Positions 9,735-18,925 of a DNA stretch of 64,000 bases are shown in pieces (within the stretch, counting starts at the first letter, position 1; every line of letters begins with the position of its first letter). The notes below the pieces were generated by a model. It was not told the origin of the DNA, did not search any database, and saw only the letters and a program-made list of their open reading frames with translations. Location of the stretch: IMG/VR virus record IMGVR_UViG_3300022744_000022, positions 144,487-208,486 of that record. The stretch is one strand, 5' to 3'. A program made the position numbers and the translations under genes.

Positions 9735-10712
9735 ATGCGACTCCTTTGGGCCACAGACATCCATCTGAACTTCTTGAAGGCCCCCGGAGCTGCTCAAACC
9801 TTCGGAGCGTATCTCGGGGTTGAGCAAGAGTTCGACGCTGTGGTGGTCACAGGGGACATCGCGGAAGCCCCTTCGGTCCGGGTGCTCCTGGAGAGCTTCG
9901 CTCGCGGGGTGGGTAAACCGATCTACTTCGTGCTGGGCAACCACGACTTCTACTTCGGCAGCATCGCGGGTGTCGAGAAAGAGCTGAGCGAGATTCTGTT
10001 GCCCAACCTCGTGTGGTTGGACCAGGCCCCCGATCCCATTCTGCTTGATCCTGACACGGCACTTGTTGGGCAGGGCGGGTGGTACGACGGCCTTTTGGGT
10101 GACGCTGAAAAGTCTAGGGTCTTGCTGTCGGACTTCGAGCTGATCCGAGACTTCAAGCCGCTGTTTCACGAGCAGACCTGGCTCTTTGAGTACGGGGGCC
10201 GTGCGGACCTGTTGGACAAGATCAGGACGCTGAGCAAGCAGCACGCCGGGGCAGCCAGAGCCAAGCTGCTTGAGGCCGTGAAGCTCCGCAAACACGTGAT
10301 CCTAGCCACCCACTACCCACCGTTCGCGGGGGCGTGCTGGCACGAGGGCAAAATCTCGGACCAACACTGGATGCCCTGGTTCACCTCGGGGGCCATGGGG
10401 GCGATGCTTGGGGAGGTGGCGGCAGAGCACCCGGACCATCGCTTCCTGGTTCTCTGCGGGCACACGCACAGCCCTGGGGTCTACGAGCACCTGCCCAACC
10501 TGCTTGTATTGACCGGCAAAGCGGTCTACGGGGCTCCCGATGTGGCTGGCCTACTGGAACTGCCCCTAGACCCCCTCTGGGCTAGACCTGAGCGTTGTGA
10601 TCGCTGCGACACCGCTGACTTCCGAAGCTCGGCAACGATCATGGAATGCAAGCTCTGCACCAGGGTCTGGGAGCGGGTCGGTGGGGCTTGGGTCCTTGAC
10701 CCCAAGTCATGA
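9735..10712 (+). CDS. Calcineurin-like metallophosphoesterase
   Basis: TDIH, TGDI, GNHD, THYPP, GHTH. Confidence 0.9.
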   Translation: MRLLWATDIHLNFLKAPGAAQTFGAYLGVEQEFDAVVVTGDIAEAPSVRVLLESFARGVGKPIYFVLGNHDFYFGSIAGVEKELSEILLPNLVWLDQAPDPILLDPDTALVGQGGWYDGLLGDAEKSRVLLSDFELIRDFKPLFHEQTWLFEYGGRADLLDKIRTLSKQHAGAARAKLLEAVKLRKHVILATHYPPFAGACWHEGKISDQHWMPWFTSGAMGAMLGEVAAEHPDHRFLVLCGHTHSPGVYEHLPNLLVLTGKAVYGAPDVAGLLELPLDPLWARPERCDRCDTADFRSSATIMECKLCTRVWERVGGAWVLDPKS

Positions 10713-10951
10713 GCTACCAGGCTCAGTACCGCTGCGTTCGCTGCCAGCAGCGGTTCGAGGTCACACAGGGCGTCTTCGGGTGCCCTCCGGGGCACCAAGC
10801 AGACCCTGATAGCCCGTGCGGGCGTAGCCAGCGCCAGTACCGTTGTGCGAGCTGCGCCAAAGCCCAGAGGTGCCCCCAATGCGAACACCTCTGGGTCGAG
10901 TGGCTCAACTACCAGACCCTCGTGGCAACGCATAAACTTCCTGTGCTGTAG
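10709..10951 (+). CDS. Small Zn-ribbon protein
   Basis: Multiple CxxC. Confidence 0.5.
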   Translation: MSYQAQYRCVRCQQRFEVTQGVFGCPPGHQADPDSPCGRSQRQYRCASCAKAQRCPQCEHLWVEWLNYQTLVATHKLPVL

Positions 10952-10958
10952 CCAAGGT

Positions 10959-12677
10959 ATGCTCCCCGAACGAGTGCTTCGCAGGTACCTGCGAGCGAAA
11001 AGCACCAAGAAGCGCATGGTCGTCATGATGGGCCCACCCGCAGCGGGTAAAGGCTTCTTCTTGGGCGAGCCGCCGCCGAAGTTCGGCTGGAAACTCCCCA
11101 AGATGCTCGTGGACGACAAGGGCAACCCGCTCTTGACCGAGGACGACATCCCGGAACGTCCGCACTCAGAGGAATCCGACAACCACCTGCGAGCTATCCA
11201 GTTCGAGGAAGCAAAGAAGCACTTCGACACGCTCAAGGCGGCACACGAAGAAGGTCCGGAAGCCTTCAAGAAGGCGCTCTCCGACCACTGGTACGCGACC
11301 AAGGATGGGGATCGCGTAGACCTCAGCAAGACGGTCAACTACGACGATTTCCCTGAGACCTTGAAGGACTACCACGCCAAGACGAACAAGGATTTCTACG
11401 TCTCGATGCGGGGTTGGCACGACGACGCGAAAGAAAAGAACGAGGTTACGGGTAAGCCCAAGGAGCGCTTCAAGGACGAGGCGAGGCACCGCTTCGAGGA
11501 GACGCTGCACAAGAAGATCGAAGAAATCGAGGACATGTTGATCGTGGACTCGGCAGGCGAGGACATCGACGCCCAAGACTACAAGGGCCAGATCGCTGCC
11601 GCCAAAGAGGCTGGATACGAAGTTACGGTCATCTTCCTGCATCCTGAGCAAGCCGACACCGAGCTGTCCAACCTGGCTCGCGGTAAGGTGCAGGGCAAGC
11701 GCATGGTGGACCAGTCGGATATCTCGAACTGGTACGAGAAGAACGCTGAGGCTCTCAAGGACATCCAAGAAGCAGCCCCCGACAACTTCGTGCATTACCG
11801 GAAAGGGCCGCCTGACGCGGACCCCAAGAAGGCGGCTGAGTTGCGGGCCAAGGCTCGCGACATGATGAACAAGCTCTCGGGCCTAGAGGGCGAAGAAAAA
11901 GAGAAGGCCAAGCAGGAGATCAATCAAGTCTTGTACGGGGCTGCTTCGTACAAGCTGCACAAGCCTACGTCGTACGGCTCGGCTGTGAGCGGGCTTCCTG
12001 AGAAGCCCGAGGAAAGTAGCATCGCCGACGCCGTAGAGGCCATGAACACCGAGGCTGAGAAGCGATCAGGTTCAGGCCAGCCCAAGAAGGTCAAGCCTGA
12101 GGGTGAGCAGACTCCGGAGAAGCAGACTCCGGAGAAGCAGCCTCCGGAGAAGCCCGAGGGTAAAGCCAAACCGGAGGCCGGGTCGGAGAAAACCCGGATG
12201 AACTTCCTACGGGAGCTGGGGGATCAGAAGGTCAAGAACCCCAACCCGGAGTCGCGGGATCGCTTCCCTCAAATTAAGATCAGGTCGCTACCCTGGACAT
12301 ACCAGAAGCCCTACTACGAAAAGTGGCGGGGCAAACAGGCAGCGCAACGTGTGGCAAAACGCTACCTGGAGGCAACGATGGCTGGTAAGGGATGGCTCGC
12401 AGGTTGGATGCATGAGCTTGCGGACGAGCTTGGGAAGACCAAGGTCGAGGGCTACAAAGTTTCTGCTGAGGCCGGTAAAGGTCCGCTGGTCCTGGTGACC
12501 ATCAAGGGTGCTACCGAGGACTCAACGACTGCCCGCAAGGCCAAACAATCGATCGAGAAGGTGATGGAGCACTCCATCAAGAAGCACTCAGAGGGTGTCC
12601 CCGGGTTCAAGCACCGCGTCAAGAGCTTCAACAAAGGTGCGGATCTCATACTTGAGTGCGAGGTCTTGTTTCCTTGA
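10959..12677 (+). CDS. Zeta-toxin-like/AAA_33 P-loop kinase with charged C-terminal extension
   Basis: VVMMGPPAAGKG, LIVDSAG, GYEVTVIFL, R....KRMV; start moved to ATG 10959. Confidence 0.65.
   Translation: MLPERVLRRYLRAKSTKKRMVVMMGPPAAGKGFFLGEPPPKFGWKLPKMLVDDKGNPLLTEDDIPERPHSEESDNHLRAIQFEEAKKHFDTLKAAHEEGPEAFKKALSDHWYATKDGDRVDLSKTVNYDDFPETLKDYHAKTNKDFYVSMRGWHDDAKEKNEVTGKPKERFKDEARHRFEETLHKKIEEIEDMLIVDSAGEDIDAQDYKGQIAAAKEAGYEVTVIFLHPEQADTELSNLARGKVQGKRMVDQSDISNWYEKNAEALKDIQEAAPDNFVHYRKGPPDADPKKAAELRAKARDMMNKLSGLEGEEKEKAKQEINQVLYGAASYKLHKPTSYGSAVSGLPEKPEESSIADAVEAMNTEAEKRSGSGQPKKVKPEGEQTPEKQTPEKQPPEKPEGKAKPEAGSEKTRMNFLRELGDQKVKNPNPESRDRFPQIKIRSLPWTYQKPYYEKWRGKQAAQRVAKRYLEATMAGKGWLAGWMHELADELGKTKVEGYKVSAEAGKGPLVLVTIKGATEDSTTARKAKQSIEKVMEHSIKKHSEGVPGFKHRVKSFNKGADLILECEVLFP
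12107..12152 (+). repeat. 15-bp tandem repeat x3 (QTPEK/QTPEK/QPPEK)
   Basis: cagactccggagaag cagactccggagaag cagcctccggagaag, in frame. Confidence 0.8.
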
Positions 12678-12682
12678 AATGA

Positions 12683-12712
12683 ACAGGGGCCCTGGTTGCC
12701 CAAGGCCCCTGT
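12683..12712. terminator. Hairpin between convergent genes, probable terminator
   Basis: ACAGGGGCC...GGCCCCTGT 9-bp stem; no strong U-tract. Confidence 0.5.
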
Positions 12713-12719
12713 CGCTCAC

Positions 12720-12887
12720 CTAGTTCTTGGAACGCTTACGTTCGAGCGCTACGAGGTAGCGTTCGTTGCGTTCAACGAGGCCCGGGAGCTTCTGGATTAC
12801 GGCCAGCACCACAGCAAGCTGGCCGTTCAAGGCGTGGTTGTGCTTGGCCCAAGTCTGAGCCAAACCGTTCGATTTTACCCCAGGCAT
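12720..12887 (-). CDS. Small hypothetical protein (55 aa, not in ORF track)
   Basis: MPGVKSNG...RKRSKN*, starts 3 nt after the upstream stop. Confidence 0.5.
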   Translation of the reverse strand: MPGVKSNGLAQTWAKHNHALNGQLAVVLAVIQKLPGLVERNERYLVALERKRSKN

Positions 12888-12890
12888 GGT

Positions 12891-13736
12891 TCACCCGGAA
12901 ACCGTGCAGCCGTGGGGCAAGGAAGGATCGAACATGACGCGCCGCTGGTTGATCTGCTTCCACGACCTCGGGTCCTTCGGGTCCATCAACTCCGAAATGA
13001 AGAGACGGACCGTGGTCCCCAGCGTGAGGTGGAAGGCACGGACGTAGTAGGTACGCCCGTCACCAACGTGATCGTAGCTCTCCACGACCACGCTATCGTT
13101 CTCGAACAACAAGTGATCAGGACCGAGCTTGTTGAGCGTGATGCTGCCAATAGCGCAGTTGAGGTTGGTCTTCTCGCCCGTAGCCTTGGCGGTACCCACA
13201 CTGGTGGGGATCAACATGACCGTAGGGTTAGCGACTGACCGACGAACGAAAAACGGCTTGTCCTTCGTCCACTTCGAGGCAACGTCTCGCACGTAAGCGT
13301 GCATCTCAGCACGAAGTGGGGACGGGGCGGCCGTAGGCTTTTCCGCCGCAGACGGAGGGGCCTCGTTGAGATCCAGGTCATCCAAGAACCCGAAGTCGAT
13401 CTCAGCCGCCGCTTGCTGCGTCACGTTGGGCTCAGCAGCCACCTGCGTAGTCTCTTGACGAGCAGCCGCTTGAAGCGAAAGCGCCTTGCTAAGCTGCTTG
13501 CACGCTGCGATCACTTCCGGTTTAGCGCCGGACAAGGTAAGCACCTGGTCCACCGTCTCTCGGAACTCGCTCATCCCAATCTGGGGCTTGTCGTAGTAGT
13601 GCAGGGAGTAGTCCCCGTGCATCCGGGTAATCTCCGCAGGCCAAGCATCGGGGCCCAACAGTTGAAAGTGCCGCAAATGGCTCGGCATCAGACTCTGGGC
13701 GTACTTGGACCGCGAACCCACAGGTTCTCTGGGCAT
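12891..13736 (-). CDS. Hypothetical protein
   Basis: 281-aa ORF with AGGAGAG SD. Confidence 0.7.
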   Translation of the reverse strand: MPREPVGSRSKYAQSLMPSHLRHFQLLGPDAWPAEITRMHGDYSLHYYDKPQIGMSEFRETVDQVLTLSGAKPEVIAACKQLSKALSLQAAARQETTQVAAEPNVTQQAAAEIDFGFLDDLDLNEAPPSAAEKPTAAPSPLRAEMHAYVRDVASKWTKDKPFFVRRSVANPTVMLIPTSVGTAKATGEKTNLNCAIGSITLNKLGPDHLLFENDSVVVESYDHVGDGRTYYVRAFHLTLGTTVRLFISELMDPKDPRSWKQINQRRVMFDPSLPHGCTVSG

Positions 13737-13901
13737 TGTCAGCTCTCCTTCGCGCTAGAACGCGCTTTCGTTTTCAGTTCGCTTCGTTCGCATTGGCGGG
13801 GGTTACCCCTCGCCAACAACCCCCCGTACACCAACGAAATGCGAATCTCGGACGAAAACGACCAAGCCCGTACGAATTCGGAAAGCCTTTGTACCAGCCC
13901 T

Positions 13902-14123
13902 TCAAGCCTTTAAGGTTGAAGGGAATCCGTTGACGCTGATCCGGAAAGCCGCAGTCAAGATGGCGGCTTGCACCGCCTGGGGAACCGCGATATCTAGGGC
14001 CCGCATGGCTTGGTCCAAGGCATCCCCGTAACGAAGTCCGGGGTCCTTTGAGACCAGATCAACCACCCGCTCCAGGACGGGCGCATAGCGCTGCATGTCA
14101 GCATCAGACATCGAGGTCTCCAC
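13902..14123 (-). CDS. Hypothetical protein
   Basis: 73-aa ORF; true start may be ATG 14111 (GGAG SD). Confidence 0.5.
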   Translation of the reverse strand: METSMSDADMQRYAPVLERVVDLVSKDPGLRYGDALDQAMRALDIAVPQAVQAAILTAAFRISVNGFPSTLKA

Positions 14124-14143
14124 CTTGAAAGGGTAGGGCTAGC

Positions 14144-14422
14144 ATGAAACTTACAGGACGTATCCCCGCACTCCAGACTTGCATAACCCAACAATGGACC
14201 GCTGGGCAACAGTTGGGTAGCAAGAGCTGGAAGACGCCTCGCAAATTGATGGGGTCCATCACATTCGATGCGAAGGCCGCCAAGGACTCGACTCAAGCCG
14301 TACGGGTCGTGGTTTTGAAACCTGACGGGACCATGCTGCGAGAAGAATTCCTCTATACCCTCCCTGAGGATGTCTACCCTCTCCCACTAAAGGGAACCAA
14401 TGGCATCGGCTCAATGGCGTGA
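14144..14422 (+). CDS. Hypothetical protein
   Basis: 92-aa ORF. Confidence 0.45.
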   Translation: MKLTGRIPALQTCITQQWTAGQQLGSKSWKTPRKLMGSITFDAKAAKDSTQAVRVVVLKPDGTMLREEFLYTLPEDVYPLPLKGTNGIGSMA

Positions 14423-14708
14423 AGTCCTCAAGGATAAAGTGTACGCGCTCTATGTGTACGAGCATCATCGCGTAGCGATTGCGCAACTCCTGGATCAGAA
14501 TTGGGTCGTCACACTACCCGACGATCCCACAACCAAGCATTCGGCTAAAGATCAAGAGGACGCCTTCAAAATCGGGCGTCGGATCTCGGTCGCTTGGTTG
14601 CAGGGTGCCCTCAAACAGCTCGCCCCCGAGGTTGTCCCCCGACGCGACCTAACCCCAACCGAGGCCCAGGCCGAAATCAAGCGGCGGCAGAGGCGTTCAA
14701 AAAACTAG
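14400..14708 (+). CDS. Hypothetical protein
   Basis: 102-aa ORF. Confidence 0.55.
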   Translation: MASAQWREVLKDKVYALYVYEHHRVAIAQLLDQNWVVTLPDDPTTKHSAKDQEDAFKIGRRISVAWLQGALKQLAPEVVPRRDLTPTEAQAEIKRRQRRSKN

Positions 14709-14745
14709 CGTTTCCGGCGATTTACCTGGGGCAGATCAGAGACTC

Positions 14746-14786
14746 TTGACGTTCTGCGGTCATCCGGTGTAATAGTGGACGGTGTA
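14746..14786 (+). promoter_or_regulatory. Putative promoter TTGACGTT-N12-GGTGTAAT plus a second GGTGTA
   Basis: sigma70-like TTGACG in the slot where other copies have CTAGAG. Confidence 0.6.
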
Positions 14787-14821
14787 GTAGTAACCGTTCA
14801 CCTAACTCGAAGGGACCGCCT

Positions 14822-15307
14822 GTGACCGTCAAAGCCACTCTTGCTACGAAGCTGAAAGACATCCGTGACCTCAAGTCCAAAGGGGCGGGCTTTGAGGTTC
14901 AGGCCATGTACGAGGTCCTCGCCCTGGAGAAAGCCTCGGTGTTGTGGCGTCGAGACGGTACCGAGACGTTCACCACCGTGCTCAAGGAAGAGGTCGGGGT
15001 CTGCACCCCGACACGGTTCAAGGCCTTCAAGAAGGCCGCCGAATACTTCACGCAGGACACCATCGAGAAGCTCGGTGTTCCGTGCGTGTGCCTGATCGCC
15101 ACGCAGAACCAAAGCGTCCGGCAACGGATGCTCAAGGACGCGCTCACGTACCGGAAGGATCACGGGTCTGAGCCCACCTACCAATACTTCTCGCGCTTCT
15201 TGCGCAAGCCTGGAAAGGCCGTGTCACGGACCCGGCTTCTCAAGTACGTCGAAGTGCTCAAGGCCGAGATCAAGAGCCTCGGTGGGCGCGTTCCGGTGAT
15301 GGAGTAA
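14822..15307 (+). CDS. Hypothetical basic protein
   Basis: 161-aa ORF, AAGGGA SD. Confidence 0.65.
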   Translation: MTVKATLATKLKDIRDLKSKGAGFEVQAMYEVLALEKASVLWRRDGTETFTTVLKEEVGVCTPTRFKAFKKAAEYFTQDTIEKLGVPCVCLIATQNQSVRQRMLKDALTYRKDHGSEPTYQYFSRFLRKPGKAVSRTRLLKYVEVLKAEIKSLGGRVPVME

Positions 15308-15345
15308 CCGACCCGATCTCGGGTCCCAGATGAAAGACAGATCAG

Positions 15346-15894
15346 ATGAAAAAGAGCAAGCTACGGTTCCTGTTGAGTCTGCACGAGAACATCAATCAAG
15401 GCTGCGAGATCCTCGCCGTCGATCGTGCCACCTTCATGCCGACTCTGGATCGCTTCTTCGAGACCGTCAGTCTCGGCATCGAGATGGGACTCAAGATGAA
15501 GGGCTCGAAGTCCTCACTGGCCGCCAAGAAGCCGGTGGCCGCCAAGGGGAAGGCCAAGAAGTCGGTGGCCGCCAAGGGGGAGGCCAAGGCCAAGAAGTCA
15601 GGGAAGGGCGGCAGCAGGAAGCACGACCCTCAACGAACCCTCAACGTGCTGACGGCCGTCAAGACCCACCTGGGGAAGACTTCCCCGATGCGTTTGAAGG
15701 ACATCATCGAGGCGGTCAAGCCGCTCTTGAAGGGGATCAAGGACCCGCAGCAAGCCGTCTGGAAGATGCTCACGGACTGCCCTGAGATCGAGAGCGTCCC
15801 CAAGCAGCGTGGCTTCTACCGTTTGAAGCCCTCGAAGAAGGTCTTGAACGGCAAAGCCAATGGCAAGGCGACGCACGCCGTTGCCTTGAACTAG
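15346..15894 (+). CDS. Lys/Ala-rich histone-H1-like linker + probable winged-helix DNA-binding protein
   Basis: AAKKPVAAKGKAKKSVAAKG repeats; C-terminal ...RGFYRL wing. Confidence 0.6.
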   Translation: MKKSKLRFLLSLHENINQGCEILAVDRATFMPTLDRFFETVSLGIEMGLKMKGSKSSLAAKKPVAAKGKAKKSVAAKGEAKAKKSGKGGSRKHDPQRTLNVLTAVKTHLGKTSPMRLKDIIEAVKPLLKGIKDPQQAVWKMLTDCPEIESVPKQRGFYRLKPSKKVLNGKANGKATHAVALN

Positions 15895-16970
15895 GTTCGG
15901 GACGCGAGATAGCGGCTCACCACAGCGGCGGCAGTTTTCTTGTCCTTTGCTTCCGCTCCCATGGAGTTGAGGACTTCTTGGAAGTCCTCATCGGTGAGCT
16001 GCTCGATCTCTTTGGCCACCGCTGCCATCATGAACTTGGCCATTGCGTCCTCGGCAGAGTCGCCTTTTGCGTCCTTGTCCTCGGAAGCGATGTGCTGAAT
16101 CAGGTGGGCCACGCCATGTCCAACGTGCCCCAGCTCTTCTAGCATGTGCAGGTCCCCAAGGTGTTTAGACACCGACTTCATCGCCACATGCCTAGCCAGA
16201 TTTTTGGCGAACACCCCAGCGGCCATCAACGGGCCTGACGCAGCAAACGCAGCGGCAGCTCCGCCAATCGCCATGTGGGTGGCTACTTCCTTGAAGGCGG
16301 ATTTCTGCTTCTTGGTCATCTTGCCGCCCTGCATCACGGCCTTGACGCCCTCTGCGGCAGTTTTGAACTCGTGAACCTCGTGCTTGGCGGTAGTCACGAG
16401 GTTCGTGATCATCTTCTTGGGGGCGTTCACCAGGGCGTCTTTCGCTTCACCCAACGCCTTCTTGCGGAACTCATCGTCCCCGAAGAAGTGCTTGACCGCT
16501 TTCGGGGCTGCCTCCACGAACTTCGTGGCTGACTCAGAGAGGCCTTTGAACCGGGCCTTCCAAGCGTCGAACTTGCCCGCAGGCTTGGCGGTCTCCTTGG
16601 GGGCCTCGGGAGCCTTGGCTTTGGCGGGCGGGGCCTTGGGCTGAGGCTTGGCCTCTGGCTTGGACTCAGGCTTCTTCTTGGCCTTGTCCGGGATGGGCGG
16701 CGGGGTGCTCTTAGGAGCCTTAGGCGGAGTGCTCTTGGGGCCAGCCGGGGGCGGGGGCTTGGGGGGCGTCTTACCGCCCGCTGGCGGGGGTGCTTTGGGC
16801 TTCTTGACCCCGGGCTTCTCAGCCGGGCCGCCTTTGGCCTTGTTCTCGTTGACCGAGTGCTGGGTCCTGTCGGCGTCCGGGTGTTCCTTGAGGTACTCGT
16901 TCAAGGCCTTCTCGGAGGGGAACTCCTTGGCTTGACGGTACCTGGACGCGACTCGTGCTGCTAGACCCAT
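15891..16970 (-). CDS. Pro/Lys-rich protein, possible virion-associated; RVAxRY-like motif at both ends
   Basis: 359-aa ORF; MGLAARVASRY...AAAVVSRYLAS. Confidence 0.7.
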   Translation of the reverse strand: MGLAARVASRYRQAKEFPSEKALNEYLKEHPDADRTQHSVNENKAKGGPAEKPGVKKPKAPPPAGGKTPPKPPPPAGPKSTPPKAPKSTPPPIPDKAKKKPESKPEAKPQPKAPPAKAKAPEAPKETAKPAGKFDAWKARFKGLSESATKFVEAAPKAVKHFFGDDEFRKKALGEAKDALVNAPKKMITNLVTTAKHEVHEFKTAAEGVKAVMQGGKMTKKQKSAFKEVATHMAIGGAAAAFAASGPLMAAGVFAKNLARHVAMKSVSKHLGDLHMLEELGHVGHGVAHLIQHIASEDKDAKGDSAEDAMAKFMMAAVAKEIEQLTDEDFQEVLNSMGAEAKDKKTAAAVVSRYLASRT

Positions 16971-17002
16971 GCAGACGCGAGATCATCGAAGGATCTTTTG
17001 GA

Positions 17003-17281
17003 TCAGTCCCGGATCACGCTCAGCGTCAAGTCCGCCGGGGCCTTGCAATGCACGGCCCGCTCCACCTTCCGGATCGCCACCACCGCCTCCCCTGACCACC
17101 CCCGAGGCAACACCTGCCCTCGACCGCACAGGTTGAAGCGAGTGTCCTGACGAGACGATGTGGCCCAAGAGCCTGGCGCGAGGTTCCCTAATTCGGATTC
17201 AGGGGGCCGTGGGACAGGGTACGCCACCATCATAAACAGCTCACCCGTAGGCAAAACAGGAAGTTCATCGCTTTCAGACAT
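17003..17281 (-). CDS. Hypothetical protein
   Basis: ORF; GGTGTA 12 nt before ATG 17281. Confidence 0.45.
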   Translation of the reverse strand: MSESDELPVLPTGELFMMVAYPVPRPPESELGNLAPGSWATSSRQDTRFNLCGRGQVLPRGWSGEAVVAIRKVERAVHCKAPADLTLSVIRD

Positions 17282-17301
17282 GATGGACCAGATTACACCA
17301 G

Positions 17302-17733
17302 TCACGCCGCAACGTGTCGCACACCCTCGGCAATAGCCCGCTCAATGTCTTCTTCGGTCAACTCCCACCCATCGTAGGGTAGCCGGGCCACCACTCTGGT
17401 CTTGAACTTCTGGAAGTAACGGATCGCTAGGTACTCATGAAGTTGGAGCCCCAGCCACTCATCTTCGGGCGGCAGCACACTGATCCCCAGAGCGGCCAGC
17501 ACGATCCGATGGTTCTCGGGATCGATCAGGTGCGAGACCAAGATGGCCAACGCGGTTTGTCCGGGACCCGATCCATGATACCCCCACTCGAAACCCGTCG
17601 GACTTTTGGTCAAGAGGTCGAGCCTGGGATTCAGAGCCCACCCACTGCCCGAGTTCAGATCCTCGACAGTAATCGAACAGACCTTCGTCTCGGGGTCACG
17701 GCGACCCGTGTACTTGAAGTAAGCTCTAGACAT
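17302..17733 (-). CDS. DUF6166-like protein
   Basis: SPTGFEWGYHGSGPGQTALAIL...FK..VVA.LP..GW. Confidence 0.75.
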   Translation of the reverse strand: MSRAYFKYTGRRDPETKVCSITVEDLNSGSGWALNPRLDLLTKSPTGFEWGYHGSGPGQTALAILVSHLIDPENHRIVLAALGISVLPPEDEWLGLQLHEYLAIRYFQKFKTRVVARLPYDGWELTEEDIERAIAEGVRHVAA

Positions 17734-18133
17734 TCTTCAACGTCCCTTCGATCAACTTGAGGCACCGTTTGCAGGTAACCTCCGCTTCGTTGGAGGTCAA
17801 ATTCTTGTACGAGACGTGCGGCGTCTCGCAGATCTGTGCTGACCTGCCGTTGACCTTATGGGCCATGTGAATCTTGCGAGGAAGGATCGAGAGCAGTTCC
17901 TCTTGCGTCATAGGCTTCACGAGCCCGGCCCGCATGTAGAGCTTGAAGCCCTCTTTCGCAAAACGCTTCTCCAGGTCCAGGATGGCCTTTTCGATGACTT
18001 GCTCCAAGACACCCGCCTCCGAGATCTTGGCACTCGTTGCAAACGACAGCTCAACCGACATTGGGACATTCAGGTCTTGAATGTCCTCATCGGGTTGAAG
18101 CCGTTTCAGCAAGGGTCGGGGCCGATCAGGCAT
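17726..18133 (-). CDS. Hypothetical protein with C-terminal Zn finger
   Basis: H...C...VTCKRC. Confidence 0.55.
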   Translation of the reverse strand: MPDRPRPLLKRLQPDEDIQDLNVPMSVELSFATSAKISEAGVLEQVIEKAILDLEKRFAKEGFKLYMRAGLVKPMTQEELLSILPRKIHMAHKVNGRSAQICETPHVSYKNLTSNEAEVTCKRCLKLIEGTLKNV

Positions 18134-18368
18134 TCAGCAACTCACGCAGATGCGCTGCAAGAAAGCGCCCGGTGGGCTGGTTCTCCATGCTCGCCGCTGA
18201 CTGCTCGATGCGTTCCTTCAGCGCTACGAACGCTCGCAGTTCCTCGATCGCAGCCTTGAACGCATCCCCGTCAACCTCAAAGTAGGTTGGGCTCATGTCC
18301 TCGGTTGCCGACCCGTCTTGAAGCTCAGTGACTTGTTCAAGACGATCCAGAAGTTGTTGCGTGGTCAT
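18126..18368 (-). CDS. Hypothetical protein
   Basis: Coupled ORF. Confidence 0.55.
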   Translation of the reverse strand: MTTQQLLDRLEQVTELQDGSATEDMSPTYFEVDGDAFKAAIEELRAFVALKERIEQSAASMENQPTGRFLAAHLRELLNA

Positions 18369-18556
18369 GTGCGCGTTGCTCCCGTGAACTTGCGATCCAA
18401 GTAGTCCCCATCATCCTCGGGCTCGGGGGTCGGTTCCTCCGCCACCTTGGGCATCCGCTGCTTGAGCCAATCGGCGGCATCGTAGAGGCCGTTCTGGTTG
18501 GCCAACCCCAAAAGGGTCTGGAGTTGGTCGGTGACTGAACGTTGGTCGGGCATCAT
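18365..18556 (-). CDS. Hypothetical protein
   Basis: First gene after bipartite promoter. Confidence 0.6.
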   Translation of the reverse strand: MMPDQRSVTDQLQTLLGLANQNGLYDAADWLKQRMPKVAEEPTPEPEDDGDYLDRKFTGATRT

Positions 18557-18564
18557 GCGGGTAC

Positions 18565-18590
18565 TACACCGGGGCTTGGGAAAACTCTAG
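18565..18590 (-). promoter_or_regulatory. Bipartite motif CTAGAGTT-N12-GGTGTA
   Basis: Reverse complement ctagagtt ttcccaagcccc ggtgta. Confidence 0.7.
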
Positions 18591-18610
18591 AAACGGGTTA
18601 CGCTTCTCAG

Positions 18611-18895
18611 GTGAAAACCTTACGCGAACGCCTTCAAGACTGGCACGATTGCGATGTTGCCGAATATGAACTCGGCGTAACTCTTGGGCTTTGGCCAGAA
18701 TGGGGCGGCGGGCCTCCTGGGGAAGACCCTTGGCATGGGCACAAAGGCGTCTTTTGGACCGCCAACCCCCTGGGGACCATGCTTCACGAGACCTTGGTGA
18801 GCCTGACTACACTCGGGATGCTGGAATCGAGGGAAGACGGGTTGAGCTTCCGGTGGAACCCTGCTTGGGACTCGAATTCGTTGAAGGGTGCCTAG
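18611..18895 (+). CDS. Hypothetical protein
   Basis: ORF from GTG 18611 (KTLRERLQDW...FRWNP). Confidence 0.55.
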   Translation: MKTLRERLQDWHDCDVAEYELGVTLGLWPEWGGGPPGEDPWHGHKGVFWTANPLGTMLHETLVSLTTLGMLESREDGLSFRWNPAWDSNSLKGA

Positions 18896-18917
18896 AGTTT
18901 CTCTGCTCTCCGGTGTA
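18892..18917 (+). promoter_or_regulatory. Bipartite motif CTAGAGTT-N12-GGTGTA
   Basis: ctagagtt tctctgctctcc ggtgta; ATG 8 nt downstream. Confidence 0.7.
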
Positions 18918-18925
18918 GTACCAAC

